From an uncultured Alphaproteobacteria bacterium (GTDB lineage Bacteria > Pseudomonadota > Alphaproteobacteria > RF32 > CAG-239), in assembly GCA_910587405.1 (NCBI GenBank), contig CAJUKS010000004.1:5977-69976 (forward strand): a stretch of 64,000 nt of DNA, in the 5' to 3' direction. The position numbers and the translations under genes are program-made. Below, one piece after another: positions 47,756 to 56,273 of this stretch (position 1 is the stretch's first letter; each line of letters opens with the position of its first letter). Under the pieces are notes generated by a model. It was given only the letters and a program-made list of their open reading frames with translations, was not told the DNA's origin and made no database searches.

Positions 47756-49105
47756 CTATTGAAAACGTTTGATTTCGTTGATAATCGAATCGCTCAGTTC
47801 CTTAACCAGCGATTTGTCGCTGCCCGATACCCAAACCCGGATCAAAGGTTCGGTTCCCGAAGGATGCAGCACCACTCTTCCCTTGCCGGCAATTTTTTCT
47901 TCGGCCGCTTTAACCGCCGCTTTAACCCGTTCGTCCTCAACCGCCTGCCGGACCACTTCGCGACTGGCGACCCGCGGACTGACGAAAACAAACGGATCAA
48001 AAGCAAAACGCGGGAAAATTTCGCTCATTTTCCGGCCGCTCTTTAACAATCCGATACAAACCAAAAGCGCCACCACCAACGCATCGCCGGTTTTGCTGTA
48101 GTCGGCAACCACCACATGGCCCGACTCTTCGCCGCCGACACTGCAACCGACTTCCTGCATTTTGGCAATCACGGCCCGTTCGCCCACTTTAGTGCTGTAA
48201 TATTCCATTCCCATCGCGCGGACATACCGTTCAAGCGCCGTATTTGACAACACGGTCGACACCACCGCATTACCGGTATATTTTCCGTCGGCTTTCAAGG
48301 TTTCGGCAACAAAGGCAATCAACTGTTCGCTGGCAACTTTTTCGCCCTTTTCGTTGCAGACAATAATGCGGTCTCCGTCACCGTCGACGGCTACCCCCAA
48401 GTGAGCGTTGGCTTCGCGCACCGTCTCAAACATCTTTTCCGGGTGTTGCGAACCGCACTCGCGATTAATGTTGTAACCGTCGGGCTGCGTGCCGATCGCA
48501 ATCACGCCAGCCCCCAAATCCTTAAACACCTGCGGCATAATCTCGGAAAAAACGCCGTTGGCACAGTCAAGCACAACCCGCAGTCCTTTCAGCGGATGAG
48601 GCGTGTCGATAAAACTTTTGGCCTTTTCCAAATACAAAACCACCGCTTCTTTGTTTTCGCTCACTGTACCGATTCTGCCGCTGTCAAGCGCAAAATCGTC
48701 CTCGGCAATCATTTCCTCAAGGCGAGAGGTGACCTGATCGGAAAACTTGTCGCCGGCGGCGGTAATCAGCTTAATTCCGTTATCCTGATACGGATTGTGA
48801 GAAGCCGTAATCATGACCGACATATCGACGTCAAGATCCGGTGTCACCGACGTTACGGCCGGCGTCGGCAAAACGCCGAGTTTTACGACGTCAACCCCGG
48901 CGGCGGTTAATCCGGCAATCAAAGCGGCTTCCAGCATTTCGCCCGAAACCCGGGTATCGCGGCCGATCGCCGCGCGCCGTTTGTTTTTGCAAACTTCAAG
49001 CCCGCAGGCCATTCCGAGTTTAACCGCAAATTCGGCCGTCATCGGATAAACATTGGCCACCCCGCGCACCCCGTCGGTGCCAAACAATTTTTTTACCATA
49101 GTCAC
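47756..49105 (-). CDS. glmM: phosphoglucosamine mutase
   Basis: active-site ITASHNPYQDNGIKL, GDGDR metal loop. Confidence 0.92.
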   Translation of the reverse strand: MTMVKKLFGTDGVRGVANVYPMTAEFAVKLGMACGLEVCKNKRRAAIGRDTRVSGEMLEAALIAGLTAAGVDVVKLGVLPTPAVTSVTPDLDVDMSVMITASHNPYQDNGIKLITAAGDKFSDQVTSRLEEMIAEDDFALDSGRIGTVSENKEAVVLYLEKAKSFIDTPHPLKGLRVVLDCANGVFSEIMPQVFKDLGAGVIAIGTQPDGYNINRECGSQHPEKMFETVREANAHLGVAVDGDGDRIIVCNEKGEKVASEQLIAFVAETLKADGKYTGNAVVSTVLSNTALERYVRAMGMEYYSTKVGERAVIAKMQEVGCSVGGEESGHVVVADYSKTGDALVVALLVCIGLLKSGRKMSEIFPRFAFDPFVFVSPRVASREVVRQAVEDERVKAAVKAAEEKIAGKGRVVLHPSGTEPLIRVWVSGSDKSLVKELSDSIINEIKRFQ

Positions 49106-49190
49106 AACTCCTGTTACGTTTTTTTATCAATATATAAACATTCGTCGCAAATAGCAATTTCATTTTACCAAAACCAACGACTTTCCGCGC

Positions 49191-49228
49191 TCAAACAAAC
49201 CCCGTCCATTCGGGCGGGGTTTGTTTTG
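49191..49228. terminator. bidirectional intrinsic terminator downstream of ftsH
   Basis: aaccccgtcc/gggcggggtt hairpin flanked by A- and T-runs. Confidence 0.65.
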
Positions 49229-49251
49229 TCACACGCCGCAAAAACGGCATT

Positions 49252-51120
49252 TTACAATTCGGGCACCGAAGCCTGGGTCTGTTTGGAGGCATCCACCGGC
49301 GATTCTCCCGCCTTGTTGATTTTTTCGCCGTTAATGACCTGCTTGATTTCTTCGCCGGTCAGCGTTTCGTACTCAATCAAAGCTTCGGACAGCCGTTCCC
49401 ATTCCTCTTTTTTATCTTTAAGGATTTTAAGAGCGCCCTCATGAGCTTCACAGACCAGTCTTTTGATCTCGCCGTCAACCACACGAGCCGTTTCTTCGCT
49501 CATGTTTTTGTTTTGGGTCACCGACTTGCCGAGAAAAACCTCTTCCGAATTTTCGGCATACAGTACCGGTCCCAACAACTCGCTCATTCCCCATTCGGTG
49601 ACCATCGCCCGCGCCAACTTGGTTGCCGCGGCAATGTCCGAAGACGCTCCGCTGGTTACTTTTTCGGAACCGAATTTCAGTTCTTCGGCGGCGCGACCGC
49701 CCATGCAGATAATCAAACGCGACAGCATTTTGGCCCGCGAATAAGAATACTGGTCTTTTTCCGGCAGCTGCTGAACCATGCCGAGCGCCCGCCCCCGCGG
49801 AATAATCGTCGCTTTGTGAATCGGATCGGTCTCGCTGACATTCAACGAACAAATCGCATGCCCGGCTTCGTGATAAGCCGTCAGTCTCTTTTCCTGCTCG
49901 TCCATCGCCATCGACTTGCGCTCATTTCCCATCAGCACTTTGTCTTTGGCATCGTCAAAATCTTTGGAAGTGACTTTGCGCTTGTTGCGGCGAGCCGCCA
50001 TCAGAGCCGCTTCGTTCACCAGATTAGCCAGATCGGCTCCCGAAAATCCGGGCGTTCCGCGTGCAACCACGGCCAGATTGACGTCTTTTGCCAACGGAAC
50101 TTTACGGACATGAACCTTCAAAATTTCTTCGCGTCCTTTGACATCCGGGTTCGGCACCACCACCTGACGGTCAAATCGCCCCGGACGTAAAAGCGCCGGA
50201 TCCAAAACGTCGGGCCGGTTGGTTGCCGCAATCAGAATAACGTTTTCGTTCTCGTCAAAACCGTCCATTTCGACCAACAACTGGTTGAGAGTCTGCTCCC
50301 GTTCGTCATTGCCGCCGCCCAGACCGGCACCGCGGTGGCGGCCGACGGCATCAATCTCGTCGATAAACAGCAGACAGGGCGAGTTTTTCTTTGCCTGCGC
50401 AAACATATCGCGAACCCGGGAAGCGCCGACGCCGACAAACATCTCCACAAAATCGGAACCGGAAATCGAAAAGAACGGAACATCGGCTTCGCCGGCAACC
50501 GCTTTTGCCAACAAAGTTTTACCGGTTCCCGGAGGTCCGACCAACAAAACCCCCTTCGGAATTTTGCCGCCCAACCGCTGAAACTTGGCCGGATCTTTCA
50601 AAAAGTCGATCACTTCTTCCAACTCTTGTTTGGATTCGTCGCAACCGGCAACATCGGCAAAAGTTACTTTTTTGGCGTTTTCCAACAACCGGGCGCGCGA
50701 CTTGCCGAAGCTCATCGCCTTGCTGTTGCCCGCATTAGCCTGACGCATAAAGAAAATCCATACGCCGATCAACAAAATCATCGGAAACCATGAAATAAGA
50801 ATTCCCCAAAAAGTGTTGGCAGAAGTGTCTTCCGGTTTGGCATTGACAACCACGCCGTTTTTGCGCAAGGTTTCGATCATTGTCGGATCATACGGCGTAT
50901 AAGTATAAAACTTGCCGCCTTCGGTATAGGTTCCGTAAACGTCCGGCCCCGAAACCGTCACTTCGGCAACCTTGCGGTTTTCCACCTGATTCATAAATTC
51001 GGAAAACGGCAGCTGCGCGCCGGCACTCGTCATCGGCGAACCTTTGCCGAACATATTGGCAATTGCGGTCAACAAAATAATTGCCGCCAGCCAAAAAATT
51101 AAACTCTTACCTATTTTCAT
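49252..51120 (-). CDS. ftsH: ATP-dependent zinc metalloprotease FtsH
   Basis: Walker [19 protein letters not shown] zinc site. Confidence 0.95.
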   Translation of the reverse strand: MKIGKSLIFWLAAIILLTAIANMFGKGSPMTSAGAQLPFSEFMNQVENRKVAEVTVSGPDVYGTYTEGGKFYTYTPYDPTMIETLRKNGVVVNAKPEDTSANTFWGILISWFPMILLIGVWIFFMRQANAGNSKAMSFGKSRARLLENAKKVTFADVAGCDESKQELEEVIDFLKDPAKFQRLGGKIPKGVLLVGPPGTGKTLLAKAVAGEADVPFFSISGSDFVEMFVGVGASRVRDMFAQAKKNSPCLLFIDEIDAVGRHRGAGLGGGNDEREQTLNQLLVEMDGFDENENVILIAATNRPDVLDPALLRPGRFDRQVVVPNPDVKGREEILKVHVRKVPLAKDVNLAVVARGTPGFSGADLANLVNEAALMAARRNKRKVTSKDFDDAKDKVLMGNERKSMAMDEQEKRLTAYHEAGHAICSLNVSETDPIHKATIIPRGRALGMVQQLPEKDQYSYSRAKMLSRLIICMGGRAAEELKFGSEKVTSGASSDIAAATKLARAMVTEWGMSELLGPVLYAENSEEVFLGKSVTQNKNMSEETARVVDGEIKRLVCEAHEGALKILKDKKEEWERLSEALIEYETLTGEEIKQVINGEKINKAGESPVDASKQTQASVPEL

Positions 51121-51195
51121 TCCAGTTCCTTATCAATAATCAATCTGGTCTATATATAGTTTTTTTATCGGCAAAACACAATAGACTTCCGTTAT

Positions 51196-52296
51196 TCATT
51201 TTTGCCGGGCTGCCAACAAACATTTCAACGCATGGGGAATCACCATTTTGTCATACGCGGGAAAACGCCTTACAAAGTCTTTCCATTGCAGGCTGTCCGG
51301 TGTTTTTTTCTCTTTGCTTTCACCGACAATCCACAACCGTTTCTGAAACGGAACCAACACACAGCCGCCCAGAGTACAACCGCGAAAATGCGGATCGGCC
51401 ACCGTTTTAAGCAAACGCTGCAATTCTTCATATTCAGGCGGATAATTGCCGCCGCCGATCTGCCGCAGCAACCGCGCCAGCACCCGTCTTTTCAATTCCG
51501 GATGCAAAGCGTTGAGCGCCGTAGGGGAAACACTGACGGCCATTTGTTCAAAATACCGCACATAACGATTCACAAACTGATCGGTTTCATCTTCAAAATA
51601 CGCCCGCGCCTCACTCAGAGCTTTGGCCGTTTCCGCCAGCCGCCGCACCGAAATTCCTGTTTCTTTTTCCAGCCGCGGCAAAAACTTGCGCATCCGAACC
51701 CGCAAAAAATCATCACACTCGTTGGAAGCGTCTTCGGCCCATCCGATCTGATTGTCACGCAGCAAATCTTTTAAGTCCGCCGGATCAATATCCAGCAACG
51801 GCCGAATCAGATTAATTCTGCCGCGACGCGAAAAAGGCTGCATCGACGCCAGCCCGTCAACCCCGCTCCCCCGTTGCAAACGCATCAAAAAGGTCTCAGC
51901 CTGATCGGTTTGATGATGCGCGATCAGCAAATGTTCAATTTCATGGGCGGCACACCATTCTTCCAGCAGCCGGTATCGCCCCAAACGCGCTTTTTCTTCC
52001 AAACTGCCGCTTGCATGGTCCGGAAACCAGTCAAGAATATGATGTTCCGTCTCCCATTTTGCCGCCAGCGCCGCCACCATTTCGGCTTCGGCAGCCGCTT
52101 CGGGACGCAGATGGTGGTTAACCGTCAACATCACCGCGCGACCGCCGTGTTTTTGGACATACTCACGCAGCAAAAAGGCCAGTGCCAGCGAATCCGCGCC
52201 GCCCGATACCGCAACCGCAACTTCCCGCAGCACCAGATTATGATCGGCGGCAATCCGATCCATTGCGGCGGCAAACTTCTCAGTCAGACTTTCCAT
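51196..52296 (-). CDS. tilS: tRNA(Ile)-lysidine synthetase
   Basis: PP-loop VAVSGGADSLAL. Confidence 0.88.
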   Translation of the reverse strand: MESLTEKFAAAMDRIAADHNLVLREVAVAVSGGADSLALAFLLREYVQKHGGRAVMLTVNHHLRPEAAAEAEMVAALAAKWETEHHILDWFPDHASGSLEEKARLGRYRLLEEWCAAHEIEHLLIAHHQTDQAETFLMRLQRGSGVDGLASMQPFSRRGRINLIRPLLDIDPADLKDLLRDNQIGWAEDASNECDDFLRVRMRKFLPRLEKETGISVRRLAETAKALSEARAYFEDETDQFVNRYVRYFEQMAVSVSPTALNALHPELKRRVLARLLRQIGGGNYPPEYEELQRLLKTVADPHFRGCTLGGCVLVPFQKRLWIVGESKEKKTPDSLQWKDFVRRFPAYDKMVIPHALKCLLAARQK

Positions 52297-52316
52297 CGTT
52301 TACAGCCTGTTTTTCA

Positions 52317-53162
52317 TTATTTGCAGCCGAGTTTCTTGGCTCCTTCGGCCGCCTTGTTTTTCAGTGTTTTGTCGGCTTTCGGAAATTCGGTCGGCAGACT
52401 GACGAAAGCGGCGCAAGCTTCATCTTTTTTGTTGAGAGATTGCATCGACATGCCCAACTTTAACAAGCTGTCGGCTCTTTTCGGACTTTCCTTGTAGTTT
52501 TGATATCCCTTGGCGAAAGAAACGGCCGCACGGTCAAATTCCTTGCGGGCATAGTAGGTTTCTCCCAACCAATATTGAGCATTTCCGGCCAACTTGTCCT
52601 GAGGATGTTTGGAAAGAATCTTATTGAAATTTTCCTCGGCAGCGGCATAATCGGCCGCTTTCAAAGCTTCCAACCCTTTTTGGTAAATTTCTGCCGGGGT
52701 CGGCATTTTGATCGGCTCCAGATTATCGCCGCGGCTGATTGCACCGCCGACAATCGCCGACGGGGCATTTTGCGCCACCGGCGCCGCAAATTTGGGCGAA
52801 TTGTCAACCACGGCCGCCGTTCCAGAGCCGGTGATCTTTTTTCCTTCCAACAGCTTCATCCGCACATCAATGTCTTTGTTGACCAAATCCAGCTTTTCGT
52901 TCAACTGCTTGATTTTATATTCCAATTCGTCCATTCTTCCCGACGCCGAACGGATAACTTCATCCAAACGGCCGACTCTGACTTCCAGTTCCGAATTTTC
53001 GCCGTTATAGCTTTTGCGTTGCAAAATCACCAGTTCTTCCCTCAGATCTGCCAATTCCTGCATAATCACCGTTACATCCTGAGCCGCGCACGGGACAGTC
53101 CCCGCCATCAACAAAGCCCACACCGCCGTCAACATCCGGTATTGATTTTTCATTACTGCCAA
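52317..53162 (-). CDS. cpoB: Tol-Pal system protein CpoB/YbgF
   Basis: signal peptide, coiled-coil, C-terminal TPR (YWLGETYYARKEFDRAAVSFAKGYQNY). Confidence 0.8.
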   Translation of the reverse strand: MAVMKNQYRMLTAVWALLMAGTVPCAAQDVTVIMQELADLREELVILQRKSYNGENSELEVRVGRLDEVIRSASGRMDELEYKIKQLNEKLDLVNKDIDVRMKLLEGKKITGSGTAAVVDNSPKFAAPVAQNAPSAIVGGAISRGDNLEPIKMPTPAEIYQKGLEALKAADYAAAEENFNKILSKHPQDKLAGNAQYWLGETYYARKEFDRAAVSFAKGYQNYKESPKRADSLLKLGMSMQSLNKKDEACAAFVSLPTEFPKADKTLKNKAAEGAKKLGCK

Positions 53163-53294
53163 CCTTTCGTTCTATTGTCGTTTTTTTTAGATATAGGGCA
53201 AAATCCCCCAAATCACAAGTCAAAAAAAAGAGGTATCCCAAAGCGGACACCCCTTTTCTATCGTCTGTAAGCTTACTTTTATTAAACCGGAAGA

Positions 53295-53759
53295 TTAGTT
53301 GCCGGCTTTAACAACGGTAACGGCACGACGGTTCTGAGCCCAAGCAGCTTCGTTGTTGCCGAGAACAGCCGGTCTTTCTTTACCATAAGAAATGGTAGAG
53401 ATTCTGTTAGCTGCAATTCCCTGAGAAACCAGATAATCTTTTACAGCGCTGGCACGGCGTTCACCCAAAGCCAAGTTGTATTCTCTGGTACCTCTTTCAT
53501 CGCAGTAACCTTGAACAACGACGTCAACGTTTTCGTGTTTTTTCAGCCAGTTAACCTGAGTATCCAGAATTTCGGTAGCATTGTCGCTCAAAGCCGAGCT
53601 GTCGAAAGCAAAGAATACTCTGTCTTCGGCGTTAGCCATAAAGTTGCGTGCATCTCTGGAATCGCATTCGCTGCCGCCGAAGAAACCGCCCATTGAACCG
53701 GTCGATGAACAAGCAGACAACAAAGCAACCACGCAGAACAAACCTAAAAGTTTTTTCAT
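53295..53759 (-). CDS. pal: peptidoglycan-associated lipoprotein Pal (OmpA-like)
   Basis: lipobox LSAC, OmpA C-like domain (YNLALGERRASAVKDYL). Confidence 0.9.
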   Translation of the reverse strand: MKKLLGLFCVVALLSACSSTGSMGGFFGGSECDSRDARNFMANAEDRVFFAFDSSALSDNATEILDTQVNWLKKHENVDVVVQGYCDERGTREYNLALGERRASAVKDYLVSQGIAANRISTISYGKERPAVLGNNEAAWAQNRRAVTVVKAGN

Positions 53760-54150
53760 TTTATTTTCTCCATATGGGTTTCATTTATTAAATAACTAAT
53801 ACATCAGCTAACTTAAGCAATAATAGTTTATTTTTCAATAACAAAAACACAAAAAAGCAAAAAAAATAAAACTTTTTTCCCAATGCTTGATACAACCATC
53901 GCTTTAATTCTGATTTTTCGCTATAAAACCGATTTCAGGCCCGCCGCGTAACCGTTTTTTATATTCCTTTTTTGCGCAATGACTGAGAAACGTTAGCTTT
54001 TTGCTTTATTTTCGCCGCCGTGTCATCATAATATGTTATGTCATGATCCCTGTTTTCCAACCTCAACAATCATTCAAAGTTAATTTTTCGCCCTGCTGCG
54101 GCCGTTTTTTAAAGCAACGGGCGTCTGACAATGTCAGACGCCCGTTAAAA

Positions 54151-54837
54151 CTACAGATAAGCTTTTCTCAATCGGCGGCAGTAATCGGCATCGAAAAACC
54201 CCCACTGATTGTATTGGCAAACGCCGCGGCCGCAGGTAACCGGATACCTTGACGCGCAACCGCCCCATATTTCCGTCAAGCGAACGATAGATTCTCGCAC
54301 CATCGCCAGCAATGCCGGATCGGTTTCCCGCAGAACCGGCGCCGCCGCCGACAAAAATTGCGGCAGACAGGCGTTGGTAAGCCCAAATCTGTCCGCTTCG
54401 GTCACCGTTTTTACAATCGCGGCCAGAGTTTCGCTTTTTCCTGTGGCATAATAAGCCAGCATCTCCGGCCGATACAAAACGGCGATCCCGTCTTCCATCG
54501 CGCTCAAACGATATCTCATGCAGTCGGCAACCAAATGCAGCAACCGCTCTTCCGATCCCACAAAAGATTTGATACGCGGAATAAAAACACGCCAAAAATC
54601 CGAAAGCGTAGCCTCATACGGGAAAAGATCCCGGACCAGCCCAACCGCATGACAGTCGAGCACCTCACGAACTTCCGCATAATTGCCCGGCATTGTTTCC
54701 AACAGCCTTTTCTGAACAACCCGGTGCATTTCATCGACGAGAGCGTTCCATTCTTCCTCCTGTTCCCGATGCCGAAACCATGCCGTCTCGGAAGAAGTGT
54801 TCAACCAGAGAAAAAACTTTTTTAATTTTTCATTCAT
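54151..54837 (-). CDS. hypothetical protein, member A of a local three-gene paralogous family
   Basis: shares S[DE]FW[RT][VA]F[IV] segment with 55759..56073; followed by 31-bp perfect palindrome. Confidence 0.5.
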   Translation of the reverse strand: MNEKLKKFFLWLNTSSETAWFRHREQEEEWNALVDEMHRVVQKRLLETMPGNYAEVREVLDCHAVGLVRDLFPYEATLSDFWRVFIPRIKSFVGSEERLLHLVADCMRYRLSAMEDGIAVLYRPEMLAYYATGKSETLAAIVKTVTEADRFGLTNACLPQFLSAAAPVLRETDPALLAMVRESIVRLTEIWGGCASRYPVTCGRGVCQYNQWGFFDADYCRRLRKAYL

Positions 54838-54967
54838 AATAATAGATTTAAGTTAATAAAAAAAATTCTTTACTTGCCTTAGGCAAACGACCCGTTTTTT
54901 ACCGGCCCTTCATAAAACGAAATCCCAACAATCAGCGCTCTCAATTCGGCTGATCATTTCGGAACGA

Positions 54968-54999
54968 CAAAAAGAGCAGGCTTAAACCTGCTCTTTTTG
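54968..54999. terminator. bidirectional intrinsic terminator
   Basis: agagcagg/cctgctct hairpin flanked by A5/T5. Confidence 0.6.
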
Positions 55000-55022
55000 A
55001 TGTTAGCGTTTGTGGTTACGGG

Positions 55023-55604
55023 TTACGGTTCCATAACCATTCCGCGCCACTGTCTTGCCAACGGCTCGGGAAGTTCGAAACCCTGCCGGCACAGATCGCT
55101 CAACAGATCCATGAACTCTCTGCGCTTTCCGTAAGAACGTTCGGGATAGGCGATCAGAAAAGCGATCACGGCGTCCTGCGTAAACGGAAGCCGGGAGAGC
55201 TTTTCGGCGCTGTCCGGGAACTCGGAGGCCAGAGCCTCGGCGATGGCTTTCTCTTCCGGAGACATCGTCTTGGGCGGCACTTTCATACCTTCGCAGATCT
55301 GCTTCAGTTCCTCAGGAACCTCAAACCGGTTCTTCTCGAGGTCTTCCAGCAGCGCTGCCAGTTTTTCACCGTGGCCTTCCAGCACTTCGGGGAACTTGAT
55401 CAGCATGTCGATAAACTGCTGAGGATTGAACCCCGGATGAGAATCGGCTTCGTCGTAAGAGCTCGGAAAGTTGGCCGCGAATTGCTTCAGCAAAACTTTC
55501 TTCTGAGTGTTCACCGCTGCTTCCACAACCGGATTCTTACCGGCAGCAGCCAGAATTTCACATGCAGCGCCATACAACGCTTCGAAGTTTTGAAATTTCA
55601 TCAT
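55023..55604 (-). CDS. hypothetical protein, member B of paralogous family
   Basis: N-terminus MMKFQNFEALYGAA resembles MNLNCFKQLYAST of 55759..56073. Confidence 0.5.
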   Translation of the reverse strand: MMKFQNFEALYGAACEILAAAGKNPVVEAAVNTQKKVLLKQFAANFPSSYDEADSHPGFNPQQFIDMLIKFPEVLEGHGEKLAALLEDLEKNRFEVPEELKQICEGMKVPPKTMSPEEKAIAEALASEFPDSAEKLSRLPFTQDAVIAFLIAYPERSYGKRREFMDLLSDLCRQGFELPEPLARQWRGMVMEP

Positions 55605-55758
55605 ACTAAATGATTTTTATGTTTAACAATTGAGAAAATAATTCGAATTGGCTTTTAATGTAACAATTTTAGACAAAACTGTCAACAGAAAATATTGCAA
55701 ATTTAAAGCGCCGTCAGCTGACGGCGCTTTAAATGTCTTAAATGACGGAAACAGTCGC

Positions 55759-56073
55759 CTATTTAAACCACATGTACTTTTCCGTATTTCCGGCCAGCAG
55801 CTCGGGATATTCATCCATCAGCCGGACATACAGTTCTCGGTCGGCAGCTTCCATCTGACGCACATCTTCTTCCGACTTCGGAAAAGAGGCGTCAAACATT
55901 TCCTTAAGCACTTTTCGCTGACTGCGGGCGTTCTCTTCGATTCCTTTCCGCATGGCACTCCAGGCGCTGAGAGAATTTTCCACATCATAAACAAATGCCG
56001 TCCAAAACTCGGATAACAGACTTTCCGGCTGGAAGGTGCTGGCGTAAAGTTGCTTAAAACAGTTCAAATTCAT
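55759..56073 (-). CDS. hypothetical protein, member C of paralogous family
   Basis: see A and B; followed by 34-bp perfect palindrome 55701-55734. Confidence 0.5.
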   Translation of the reverse strand: MNLNCFKQLYASTFQPESLLSEFWTAFVYDVENSLSAWSAMRKGIEENARSQRKVLKEMFDASFPKSEEDVRQMEAADRELYVRLMDEYPELLAGNTEKYMWFK

Positions 56074-56273
56074 AACAGTAGATTTAATAATTAATAACTG
56101 TCGTCAATATATATTTTTTTGTCTTTTTGGTCAAGTTATTTTATCGACCGTTGCCACCTCTTTTTACAAACAAAATACCGGCCGTTTCCACGACCGGTAT
56201 TTTACGGCACTTTCAACGGAACTGCCGCGGGAAAACTTCCGTTTTAAAAGTTCCCCGCAGCAATAACCGTTAC

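Noticed and set aside
53163-53294. Possible terminator after pal
   Set aside because: The hairpin has two mismatches in an 8-bp stem. A U-run is present but the structure is too weak to call as a feature.
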